Positions 1-11,156 are shown, numbered from the stretch's first letter. The stretch: DNA of 36,930 nucleotides from Octopus sinensis (GCF_006345805.1 NW_021829900.1:1-36930); one strand, 5' to 3'. The notes: a model not told the origin generated them from the sequence alone. A program made the numbers and translations.

Positions 1-151
1 GACAGGCTTCTTTCAGTTTCTGTCTACCAAATCCACTAACAAGGCTTTGGTCGGCCCGAGGTTATAGTAAAAGACACTTGCCCAAGGTGCCACTCAGTGG
101 GACTGAAACCGGAACCATGTGGTTGGTAAACAAGCTACTTATCACACAGCC
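1..151 (-). mobile_element. tRNA-derived SINE, family A, 5' half (cut by window edge)
   Basis: Reverse complement matches the head of the copies at 16123, 28508 and 30523 (GGCTGTGTG.TAAGTAGCTTG...GGTTTCAGTCCCACTG...CTTGGGCAAGTGTCTT...GGATTTGGTAGAC.GAAACTGAAAGAAGCC). Confidence 0.85.
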
Positions 152-164
152 TTTCCTGGCAGCG

Positions 165-167
<3 letters not shown>

Positions 168-257
<90 letters not shown>

Positions 258-266
258 TATATATAT
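168..266. repeat. (TA)n microsatellite
   Basis: Direct sequence. Confidence 0.97.
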
Positions 267-502
267 TTTGAGGGGAGGGGGTGGAGAATATTTTGTCGTG
301 AGGGACAAAAGACATTATATATAAAGAAAGAATGGTAGGGTGGGGAGTTTAACCACGGCTAGTGGTTTTATGGTCAAAAGGCGTAAATTGGTACAAGAAA
401 ATTAAAACGAATGAAGTGAAGAGGGATCCATACGCCATGAAACCGGGAAACCGGCCCCTGGGAGTTAGAATGACTCAAGAACATAACTTGCGTTATATAT
501 TC

Positions 503-670
503 TTAGTGTTTAGCCTGTTCCACTTACTATCTTATGATAATTGCTTCGATTCCAGGAATGGGATCGGTGGTGCGGTTTGCGCTTGTGCGAAACACTTCGT
601 TTCCCTCAGCTCCAGTCCAGCCGTAGCTGAGTGACCCTACGACAGAGTGGCATCCCCCTCAAAGGGTATG
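503..670 (+). mobile_element. Degenerate SINE, family C (tRNA head plus CORE-like segment)
   Basis: B-box-like GCTTCGATTCC followed by AAACACTTCGTTTCCCTCAGCTCCAGTCC, aligning loosely to the copy at 16682-16932. Confidence 0.5.
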
Positions 671-876
671 ATATGATCTCCGTCATTTATACTTAATGCG
701 AATTGGGTAACCAGTACGATGAGTCCTTGGGCTCGAAATATTAAAAAAGCCATAGCAATAGTTGCTACTTTGTATTTAACTAAACGGTTTTGGTGTCAGA
801 CAGGAACGAACCCCTAAATAATAGACTGACCAAAATAGGAAGCCTTCACATTCGAGTCAACACCCAAATACTTCTA

Positions 877-901
877 CATCATCATCATCATCACCAACAC
901 C

Positions 902-935
<34 letters not shown>

Positions 936-970
936 TCATCACCACCACCACCAACACCACCAACACCACC

Positions 971-1002
<32 letters not shown>

Positions 1003-1143
1003 TATCATCACCACCACCACCACCACAATCATCATCATCATCATCATCACCACCATCATCATCACCACCACCACCACCACCACCATCATCATCACCATCA
1101 TCACCACCACAACCATCATCATAATCATCATCATCATCATCAT
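877..1143. repeat. (CAT/CAC)n trinucleotide microsatellite
   Basis: Direct sequence; source of the poly-His, poly-Asp/Gly and poly-Met/Val ORFs. Confidence 0.95.
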
Positions 1144-1637
1144 TGTCTTGAATTGTAGAACTTAAGTCGTTACACGGTTTACAAGGCGAACTTAAGTTTT
1201 TACACAATTTACTAACCCTATGTCACCAAGATCACACCATTCCATGTGAACTGGATGCCAGTTTGTCACAGGTTTACTCATATTTTACGGCTGGATGGAC
1301 AGAAGCAGCGTAAATTGAAAATACTAGAATACAACGCATGACTCGTCCAAGATCGTAAGTGTATCACCCTGAACACATTGCCATGCGCATTCACAAACTC
1401 TTGCCAACTGTAGAATTTCAACTTTTAATCAAATTTAGGCTACTGCACTTCTAGGCGTTTCCCCTTGGAGTTGGTATGGTCCACTGCGCAAGCATTTTTC
1501 AGTACGGTTCAGCCTAGAAACATCCGATTTAAGTATTAAAATATATGATCTTAAGAGCAATGCCCCGCGTTCGCCTTGAATTAGTTGCTCTCTTCATATT
1601 CATCAATACCACATCATTATTTTTGCCGGCTCTCAAA

Positions 1638-1786
1638 GGCGAGGAGATGGCAGAATCGTTAGTACGCCGAGCAAAATATTTAGCAGTATTTCGTCCGTCT
1701 TTACGTTCTGAGTTCAAATTCTGTCGAAGCCAACTTTACTTTCATTATTTCGGGGTCTATAAAATAAACACCAGTCCCACAAATTG
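1638..1786 (+). mobile_element. SINE family B, 3'-truncated or diverged
   Basis: GGCGAGGAGATGGCAGAATCGTTAG...GTATTTCGTCCG...GAGTTCAAATTC...TTTCGGGGTC.ATAAAATAAACACCAG matches the copies at 8335 and 35528. Confidence 0.8.
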
Positions 1787-2441
1787 CTGGCAAAAATTGG
1801 AAACCAATATTTGACCAAGGAAAACAACTAACGTGAGCTGAAAGCATGAGTTTAGATAAATAATTCAAGATGCGATGATCTTAATGATATGCGCAAATAG
1901 TTTTGAATGAATTGAATTTTCGCTTTTAGTTGTCAGAGATAAACTAATGTATAGCTGTAATGATTAGGGATTCTAAAGCAAATAAATAAACACATGCTTA
2001 AATGTAAATAAATGTACATAAATAAGATTAAACGGAAATAATTTCTAAAGATTTAAGACATAATTTTCTAATAGTTTTCATGATTGCCGGCAAAATTTGA
2101 TTTATATTAACAGGTAAGAGTCAACAGTCATTGTAAGATGTTATATTTTATTTTTTCGTACTTAGAGGGACTTACAGAGAGATTTCTATTACATTTTGAA
2201 AATATAAGTTGTTTTATCGGTACAGTACTAACTAAATCAAATAAAGTCAGGCCGCCGCCGCCGCCGACTTACTGGAGTTTTCTTTCCTTATGTAATGTAT
2301 AATTGGTAAGAATAGTAAAGATATGATATGATATGAAATTATATATATATATATCTATATATATATATATATATATCGTATCATAAACACTTGATTGTGT
2401 GTGTGTGTGTGTATGTGTGTGTGTGTAGAAATGCATATATA

Positions 2442-2473
<32 letters not shown>

Positions 2474-2507
2474 ATGTTGCGTGTTTGTGTATGAGTATAT
2501 GTATATT

Positions 2508-2712
2508 ATTCTTTTACTTGTTTCAGTCATTTGACAGTGGCCATGCTGGAATACCGTGTTGTAGTATTTTTTGTCGAACAATTCAACCCCAGCAATTACT
2601 TTTAAGTCTAACACTCATTCCATCGGTCTGTTTGCCAAACCCAAAAGTTAAAGGGTCGTAAACACACCAACACCGGTTGGCAAGCGATGATGGGGCACAA
2701 ACACACACAAAG
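2508..2712 (-). mobile_element. SINE family A, 3' half, diverged
   Basis: Reverse complement matches CCGATGCTGGTGTGTTTAC...GACCGATAGAAT...CCAGCATGGCCAC.GTCAAATGACTGAAACAAGTAAAAGA. Confidence 0.8.
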
Positions 2713-2734
2713 GCACGCTCACATAGACTTTTTT

Positions 2735-2802
2735 GCATATACATAATATATATATATATTTATGTATGTATATATATATATATGTAATATATAATACTAT
2801 AA

Positions 2803-2833
<31 letters not shown>

Positions 2834-2883
2834 AACATACATTATATATATATAATTATATATATATATTATATATATATAAT

Positions 2884-2922
<39 letters not shown>
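2735..2922. repeat. (TA)n-rich microsatellite abutting the Penelope-like element
   Basis: Direct sequence. Confidence 0.95.
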
Positions 2923-2926
<4 letters not shown>

Positions 2927-2954
2927 CAATATGTTATACATTACTCGGTAGTCA

Positions 2955-3017
2955 AGATAAAACTCTGAGTTTCAGATGCCGAAGTGGAAATCCACAACAC
3001 CATCTCTTCGGTTATCT
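2955..3017 (-). ncRNA. Type I minimal hammerhead ribozyme (variant core) in the pLTR
   Basis: Minus strand: AGATAA CCGAAGA GATG[GTGTT GTGG ATTT CCAC TTCGG]CATC T GAA ACTC A GAGT T TTATCT. 6-bp stem I, near-palindromic stem III. Deviations from consensus: C at position 4, one extra U before G12, GUU cleavage triplet. Confidence 0.65.
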
Positions 3018-3208
3018 GGCTATTTGAAAACGTTATGAAAATATACCGTTAAAAATGAAGGGAAATTACTCTGTTATAACTCTGCTTTGCCTGCGTACTT
3101 ATACATCGCTCGCATTTTTCGTCATAAAAATTATATAAAAATACATAAAAATATATAAAATATATAAAAATATAAAATCTTCTTGGGACATAACACAGAA
3201 AGCATGTT

Positions 3209-5325
3209 CTATCCGTTTTCTTTAGGGGACCAAAAACGTAACAGAAATTTAGTCACATGTGGGCATGATCCGAAAAGATCTGTCCTTGTATTTAGACATG
3301 TGGTAGGGTCTAAGCTGCTTTTCCAGATAAGCCATCTCTCCATGTCGCATAAACCGCACCTTCCGCTGCCGTTAGTATAGGGCTTACATCTGGCCAAAAT
3401 CTTCCATTGTATGTTATAATCGACACCTTTATCTCTTAAAGACCAAATATGATTGGATAATTGTGTCGCTTTTCTTTTGTTCCAGTGCCTAAAGCTCAAA
3501 GTGTGGTTATTGAACCTGGCCTTGAAATTACCCTCTGTCAGGCCCACGTATTTCTTCGTCGAAACGGTGTCTTTAGTGGTTATAGAGTTTACGGTAGCTT
3601 CATATATGATGGTCTTGGACATGCAAGCTCCATTTAGCGGGCACAATTCTTTATTCCTTCCTGCATGAACAGCTGTTTTCTTCTTGTGTTTTTTGTATGT
3701 TATGATTGATTATGTTTTTAAATTGTAGTTGAACTAAAACTAATTTTTAAATTGTGTCTATTGAAGAGTTTCCTATAAGCATGGTTAACTGGAAAATGTC
3801 TATCTATCAGTGCTAGGAAATATTTACCTATATTGAAGGCCACCTCGGGTGAGTAAGGGGGCGTAAACCAGATGACCTTCCTATTTCTATTATTCCTTTT
3901 CCTTATTGTTGGGCTGGTGATAGGTGTATATTTTATTTTTTCGCTAAAACCACTATCTTTTAAAGCTTTATTATAAACTGGGGCAACGCTATTGAAGATG
4001 TCCTCATTAGATGAGAGGCTAGAAATCCTCTTACTAATATTTTTAACTAAATTTTTGAATACTATAGGGGGATGGCATGAACCTACATTAATATAACTTA
4101 GTCTATCATTGGGCTTCCTATAAGGCTTATAATATTATTATTAAGATCTAAGGAAACGTCTAAGAAATTGACAACCGTCAGGTTAGTGTCTATAGTTATA
4201 CTAAGTCCGAAGTGTTTCATTAACTGGATAATATCCTTCCTAAAACGATCTTGTGCTGGTCCATTTGTATTAGCTGTTAAGGCGAGGGCATCATCTTTGT
4301 AGATGGCGAAATGTACGTTAGGGAATGTCTTACCGAAGGTATCTAGGAGAAAGGTCCAATTAGATCACAGATGCCTGCCCATCATATGAACCCATGCTCA
4401 CATCGAAAGCGCCCTCCGTGTCGGTGTTTTTTACCCACTTTGCATTCTCACTGAAAAGTAATGTCTTTCTAGCATGGAAGATTATTCCTTATCATTGGTA
4501 CTAATTTCTATGAAGTCACTAGCGAAGATTAGGGCTTTATCTAGCAGTTCTTTAGAGATAGAGGCATAAAAATCAACAATATCGAATTGTGTAAACCTCG
4601 CTTTTTCTTATTCTTAATAGCTTTAACCATCTACGACTTCTATACTATTGGACCATTGCACTAGCCTAGTATCGGTCTTAATTTTCGTATTTATTTTATC
4701 TAAAATTTCTTTACTAATAATCCCTAGTTCTGACTTGGCTGGGTTGATAAGCCTACATTTAGGGTTGGAAAGGAAGTTTTCTTTGTGATCTTTAATAGTA
4801 ATAAAGGCCTCTTTTTGGGGGAGGGTTTCTATTTTTTTATCTAATTTAAGTTTAGCGGCGATGACGCTAGCTTCTTTATTAATTTCGTTATATGTCTGTG
4901 CCCTAGCCTTAGTATAATTATTAGTAATGCTGTTGTGTAAGAGTTGTGTGTATTTGCTGTTATCTACCAGTATAAGTTCTTGGTTTTATCCGAAAAAAGT
5001 GCTTTTTTCTTGGAGCTTTTTATATGATCAATCTTTTTTCAATTTATGTTGGAAATTGTTAAAAGACTTACGAGACTTTATTTTGCTCATGATCTTCAGC
5101 AGGTCCGCTTCGAAATCTTCCAAGCCTTTAATCCTAGGAGGGAATTTTTTGGATTTTATCCGATAGCAAATGTTTTCCTTGGTGTTCGCTTCTGTGTCAA
5201 AAAAGAAAGCCTTCCATCTCATACGCTTAATTACATCAGTAATTTTTTGCAGAAGTTTCTTAGAGTAAAATCCTTTGATGGATCGGTATATTTTTCATAG
5301 AATAATCTATGTGATATGCGTCCAT
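3209..5325 (-). pseudogene. Penelope-like RT plus GIY-YIG endonuclease ORF, frameshifted as assembled (~705 codons)
   Basis: Start MDAYHIDYSMKNIP at 5325; KRMRWKAFFF; TIKDHKENF..NPKCRLINPAKSELG; RT motifs FDIVDFYASI (~4555-4590), FDVSMGSYDG (~4378-4405), YKDDAL (4284-4301), VNFLDV; linker CSC-x5-CPLNGAC; endonuclease IIYEATV...KKYVGLT, FKARFNNH, RCGLCDMERWLI. A Cys-rich RT-EN linker is characteristic of the Neptune clade. Confidence 0.92.
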
Positions 5326-5492
5326 ATTAGATTCTTTTGTTTTGTGAGGTCCTCCCGATGTTAGGCGATAATCCCAAAAAGGACGTATTAGCTTTAGTTG
5401 AGAAACGTCGTCCGGGAGGTGATTTATTGATAAAACGGTAAGATAACAAAAGAAAGAAAGAGACCTCAATATTATGTAAATAGAGGAAATTT

Positions 5493-6363
5493 ATGGACGC
5501 ATATCACATAGTATTCAAAAATTTAGTTAAAAATATTAGTAAGAGGATTTCTAGCCTCTCATCTAATGAGGACATCTTCAATAGCGTTGCCCCAGTTTAT
5601 AATAAAGCTTTAAAAGATAGTGGTTTTAGCGAAAAAATAAAATATACACCTATCACCAGCCCAACAGTAAGGAAAAGGAATAATAGAAATAGGAAGGTCA
5701 TCTGGTTTACGCCCCCTTACTCACCCGAGGTGGCCTTCAATATAGGTAAATATTTCCTAGCACTGATAGATAGACATTTTCCAGTTAACCATGCTTATAG
5801 GAAACTCTTCAATAGACACAATTTAAAAATTAGTTTTTAGTTCAACTACCAATTTTAAAAACATAATCAATCATAACATACAAAAAAAAACACAAGAAGA
5901 AACAGCTGTTCATGCAGGAATAAAGAATTGTGCCCGCTAAATGGAGCTTGCATGTCTAAGACCATCATATATGAAGCTACCGTAAACTCTATAACCACTC
6001 AAGACACCGTTTCGACGAAGAAATACGTGGGCCTGACAGAGGGTAATTTCAAGGCCAGGTTCGATAACCACACTTTGAGCTTTAGGCACTGGAACAAAAA
6101 AAAGCGACACAATTATCCAATCACATTTGGTCTTTAAGAGATAAAGGTGTCGATTATAACATACAATGGAAGATTTTGGCCAGATGTAAGCCCTACACCA
6201 ACGGCAGCGGAAGGTGCGGTCTATGCGACTGGGAGAGATGGCTTATCTGGAAAAGCAGCTTGACCCTACCACATGTCTAAAATATAGGACAGATCTTTTC
6301 GGATCATGCCCACATGTGACTAAATTTCTGTTACGTTTTTTGGTCCCCTAAAGAAAACGGATA
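5493..6363 (+). pseudogene. RT-less fusion ORF: element start codon, RT C-terminal region, Cys linker, GIY-YIG (frameshifted as assembled)
   Basis: MDAYHIVFKNLVKNISKRISSLSS...VIWFTPPYS (5493-5840) then CPLNGACMSKTIIYEATV...KKYVGLT (5928 onward). Confidence 0.8.
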
Positions 6364-6560
6364 GAACATGCTTTCTGTGTTATGTCCCAGAAGATTTTTA
6401 TATATTTTTAATATTTTTTATATATATTTTTTTATGTATTTTTTATATAATTTTTATGACGAAAATGCGAGCGATGTATAAGTACGCAGGCAAAGCAGAG
6501 TTATAACAGAGTAATTTCCCTCATTTTAACGGTATATTTTCATAACGTTTTCAAATAGCC

Positions 6561-6623
6561 AGAATAACGAAGAGATGGTGTTGTGGATTTCCACTTCGGC
6601 ATCTGAAACTCAGAGTTTTATCT
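6561..6623 (+). ncRNA. Second pLTR copy of the hammerhead, core start altered
   Basis: Same as 2955-3017 except AGAATAACGAAGA replaces AGATAACCGAAGA (one A gained, one C lost). Confidence 0.5.
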
Positions 6624-6717
6624 TGACTACCGAGTAATGTAACATATTGTATAGATAATTTTCCTCTATTTTACATAATATTGAGGTCTCTTTCTTTCTT
6701 TGTTATCTTACCGTTTT

Positions 6718-6756
<39 letters not shown>

Positions 6757-6819
6757 GATTACGTAGGAGGCATTAAAATACAGCATCCAAACACTGTTCT
6801 TAACTTCAAATGTAAACTC

Positions 6820-7110
6820 ATCTTTTTCCAATGGTTTACGGATAATTCATAAAAGCCACGTTATAAATGAAGCAATTAATAAATCACCGAAGTCATACGT
6901 ACATATACCAACAACAGGAGTCTCATTATAGCTGGACCAGCCTGTGTAACGCACCGACTGAGGTGCTTCATTGACACCCTCTTCAAACCACTTCTAAAAT
7001 ACATTAAAAATGGTTTGGACATGTTAAATCACCTCCCAAAAGGAGTGGAGGAAAAAACACTTTGATGCTGTAAACCTGTATACTGAGATCTCCCGATTAG
7101 AAGCAAGTCA
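6820..7110 (+). mobile_element. Degenerate RT fragment of a different Penelope-like family (Penelope/Poseidon-type)
   Basis: Translation across frameshifts: FSNGLRIIHKSHVINEAI (cf. FYGLPKIHK), IIAGPACVTHRLRCFIDTLFKPLLKYIK..LDMLNHLP, FDAVNLYTEI (RT motif A). Confidence 0.75.
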
Positions 7111-7220
7111 GTTCATAACATTAAGTCATGATTAGCGAAGTAAAACCGGTCGACTCTGTAACGAATTAAGTAATCTTTATCTACGCAAACAAGATTCCTA
7201 TGCTTTTTCCCCTTAAGTCT

Positions 7221-7226
<6 letters not shown>

Positions 7227-7257
<31 letters not shown>

Positions 7258-7292
7258 TACATAAATACATACATACATACGTACATACATGC

Positions 7293-7326
<34 letters not shown>

Positions 7327-7356
7327 TGAGAGAGAGAGAGAGAGATAGATAGATAA

Positions 7357-7436
<80 letters not shown>
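7227..7436. repeat. Compound microsatellite (CA)n-(TACA)n-(TA)n-(GA)n-(GATA)n
   Basis: Direct sequence. Confidence 0.95.
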
Positions 7437-8334
7437 GTATAACTTAATGTTAATGAAAGTCAGAGTGCGTTGCGTTCCCTTGCTTAATGAATGAAAAATG
7501 CATTGTAAAAATAACGACGACAGGTAAAAACGTATACGTTTACGAAGTGTAGAAGAGGACGGGAGAGAGACACAAAAGGTCCCTAATCCTTCATCAGTTA
7601 TCAACCAAATAGTAATACTCGCTTTCGCACCATTAATGATAAGACTGAGAACTTCCCATGCTGACGGTGCCATCGAAATTGTGGAGAATATTGGGCCTAG
7701 AACAAAGAAAACAATACAGAGTAGACATACGAATGTAAAACAACGTAATTTAAGACGATGGACAAGGACGAATAAATAAGAAACGAGCAAAATATTGTCT
7801 AAGGGCCAAAAACACAAGAATGATGGGTAAAGCTGGAGAAGGAATCTTAAAGGATATAGAAAACAGAAAATAGCAAGATACAGAGAGTTTATGACCGGGG
7901 TCAGTTACCTAACCATGTGAAAAACGGAGAGAATGAAAGGAGAGCTCGCCATGGGTCACATGTCAACAGCAGGTAGAGGAGTAAGAGGACAAGAAGGAGG
8001 GAGAGAGATGAGGGGGCAGGGCAGAAAGAAAACAAGGGAAGGGATGTAAGGGTAAAAAGTAGAAAGGAGAAAGGCTAGAAATATAAGAGGGCAAGAGGGG
8101 GAGAGAGAGATGAAAAAGAGGTAAGTGAAAAGGCTAGAAATAGAAGTAAGTGGACGAGAATGGGAGAAGGACAAAGAGAGAAGGCAAGAATAGAGTCACC
8201 CGGATATATAAAACTTACTGTTAATAAAAGTCGGGGTGCGTTGCGTTCCGTTACTTACTAAATGAAAACAATTATGATAAATAAACATCGAAAGGTCTTT
8301 TCGAAACCCGTGGTTTACATCCGAGAGACTGGCC

Positions 8335-8567
8335 CGGCGAGCTGGCAGAAGCGTTAGCAAGCCGGGTGAAATGCTTTGCGGTATTTCGTCTGTCGTTACG
8401 TTGTGAGTTCAAATTCCGCCGAGGTCGACTTTGCCTTTCATCCTTTCGGGGTCGATAAATTAAGTACCAGTTACGCACTGGGGTCGATGTAATCGACTTA
8501 ATATCTATGTCTGTCCTTGTTTGTCCCCTCTGTGTTTAGCCTCTTGTGGGTAATAAAGAAATAGGTA
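8335..8567 (+). mobile_element. SINE family B, full length
   Basis: A-box-like TGGCAGAAGCG, B box GAGTTCAAATTCC, central GACTTTGCCTTTCATCCTTTCGGGGTCGATAAATTAAGTACCAG (resembles the Meta-SINE-type domain; assignment from memory), tail ending AAAGAAATAGGTA. Confidence 0.9.
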
Positions 8568-8724
8568 TAATCCTGAAATTAGGAGCTGTTATCTTACAAG
8601 TCAGATTCGGTTTTATGGTTCCGATTGCTTACTACATATCGTTACCGTATCAGAAGCGTGTACGGCAAAGATACCATCGAAGGATCTTTGCTATGCAGCC
8701 AGCTATCTACCAAGCCATTTTGCT

Positions 8725-8759
8725 GTCTGTCTGTCTCTCTCTCTCTGTCTCTCTGTCTG

Positions 8760-8813
<54 letters not shown>

Positions 8814-9121
8814 TCTCTGTCTTTCACTCTTAATCTGCATATATATGTATATACAGATACATCTACGAACGCACATATCAACGCAAACATACTGCATTGA
8901 ATACATTTCTCTGTCTATGAGCACAAACCTTAATCTAGATATATATCCAACCATTCGTTCCCTTCAAACATATATCCATACATATATAAGTGAGCGCGCG
9001 CGCACACACACACACACATATATATATATATACACACATATACATATACTCATACACAAACACGCACACATATATATATATTTACACACACATACATACA
9101 CTCATACACACACATACACAA

Positions 9122-9159
<38 letters not shown>

Positions 9160-9233
9160 ATACATAAATACATAGATATATAAATATCATATATATACTT
9201 ATATTGTATATATTATTATTCTCTCTCTCTTCG

Positions 9234-9277
<44 letters not shown>

Positions 9278-9329
9278 CCACGTCCTCACCTTGTTGTGTT
9301 TTCTCTTGTGTTTTCATGTTTGGATAAAT

Positions 9330-9360
<31 letters not shown>

Positions 9361-9412
9361 ATATAATATTATGAATATATATAGATATATATATATATAT
9401 ATATATATTATG

Positions 9413-9453
<41 letters not shown>

Positions 9454-9660
9454 ACGCACACACACACATACATACGTATTTACATATATATTTACATATC
9501 TCATAGATGAATGTAAAACCAGACGCGCACGCATAGACATCCTTTGAAATCTCTTTATCTATCTCTTTCACTGCTTTCTGTCTCTCTTTCTTTCTCTCTC
9601 TCTCCCTCTCACTCCCTCCTCTTTTCTCTCTCGCTCTCTCACTCACACCCACACTCACAT
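8725..9660. repeat. Compound CT/CA/TA microsatellite field
   Basis: Direct sequence. Confidence 0.9.
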
Positions 9661-9841
9661 ACCCAATTGAAACCGCTCATTGTGACCATTTTTAGGATGG
9701 AGCCTTTCAGATAACAGTGAGCAACTGATAACCGGAAGCAGAGGATAGAGCGTTATCTTGCACACGAGTCGGACTCACTAATTTTAATGACAATAACTAT
9801 ACGATAAAGTTATCTGTGATTACAATAAACAAGTTTCATGG

Positions 9842-9895
<54 letters not shown>

Positions 9896-9950
9896 TATAT
9901 ATATTTATACATATATACATATATGTATATATAATATACATATACATATA

Positions 9951-10430
9951 TACCAATTAAGGACTGAACACGAAAAGTGGACAGTCAACATGCTAGATAT
10001 AGACGTCAAATCGCCATTCACCACAAAAGATTATGTTCTCAGATCAAACTCAACACAAAACCATAGCAAAAACAAGTGAAAAATATACGAAATAAAATAA
10101 TTACCCATGTACTAATTAGTTTCAGCTGTTATTTTCCGCAAGAAAACTGCAGCCATCATCAGCATGGTCCGTTATAAATGTAATTTGCTGGACTAGATGC
10201 AAACACGATACCGAGATATCGCGTGCATGGAGTTCAGCCTATTACATTTGAATATATCTTTCAAATGCCTTTACCTTGGCGCGTTGGAGCCCGAGAAAAC
10301 TAGCCTGCAGCTAATAATTAGCAGCAGTTAATTTATCGGTTAGAGAACATATTTATTTATATAAAATTAATTTGACGTCTATATCTAGCATGTTGACTGT
10401 CCACTTTTCGTGTTCAGTCCTTAATTGGTA
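9951..10430. mobile_element. MITE (non-autonomous DNA transposon) with perfect 61-bp TIRs
   Basis: 9951-10011 (TACCAATTAAGGACTGAACACGAAAAGTGGACAGTCAACATGCTAGATATAGACGTCAAAT) is the exact reverse complement of 10370-10430. Both ends lie in TA runs; the interior has no ORF. Confidence 0.9.
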
Positions 10431-10519
10431 TATATAAATATTTTAATCTTCGGATTCTTTTTTAATATGCTAGACCACTGGTCTTAATTGATAAATATCA
10501 ATTTCTACCCTTAATTAAT

Positions 10520-10878
10520 TTTATAATCATATACATATATATATATATATATGGTGTGTGTGTATATATATATGTATATATATACATATATATATGTATA
10601 TATATATATTTATAGATATATACATATATATATATATATATACATATATATATACATATATGCGCACACACAGATTTATGCACTCACATATACGAATATA
10701 TATGCACAGATGTACACAGATACAGACAATCAGACAGGCAGAAACTCACACACACACACAGAAATGAATACACAACTACACACGCAGGCACACACAGATA
10801 TGTATGCTAAACGGCTTTGCATTTCATGAAGTTTCGTCGATGTTAACCAAGGTATACATCAAGGGATGCCTTAGGAAG

Positions 10879-10918
<40 letters not shown>

Positions 10919-11156
10919 CATTATATGTGATATATATATATATATATATATATTGATATATATACATATATGTATGCATGTATGTATGTTTGCATGTATG
11001 TATATATATTATACATATACAAACATATATATATAAACATTATATATACATATATATACATATATATATATATATACAGACATAGATACATGTACACCAT
11101 ATATGTATCACTCTCATCGCTTTATTCTCGCCTAACACATTCAATCCTTTCTCCCC

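Larger units (their letters stand above)
2923..5491 (-). mobile_element. Near full-length Penelope-like retroelement (Neptune-type)
   Basis: Minus strand reads 5' UTR, ORF (RT, Cys-rich linker, GIY-YIG), AT-rich 3' UTR, then pLTR sequence. The terminal sequence recurs at 6480-6721 and at 5428-5491. Confidence 0.93.
5492..6721 (+). mobile_element. Inverted, internally deleted second copy of the same Neptune-type element
   Basis: 5508-6653 is the reverse complement of 2923-4065 apart from a few substitutions and homopolymer indels; 5492-5511 is the reverse complement of 5307-5326; 6657-6721 is the reverse complement of 5428-5491. Confidence 0.93.

Noticed and set aside
710-750. Hammerhead-like string ACGATGAGTCCTTGGGCTCGAAATATT
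   Set aside because: Core lacks C3-U4, stem II is out of register and no stem I can be formed.
790-1207. Poly-His, poly-Gly/Asp and poly-Met/Val ORFs
   Set aside because: Translations of a CAT/CAC microsatellite, open in several frames, with no coding context.
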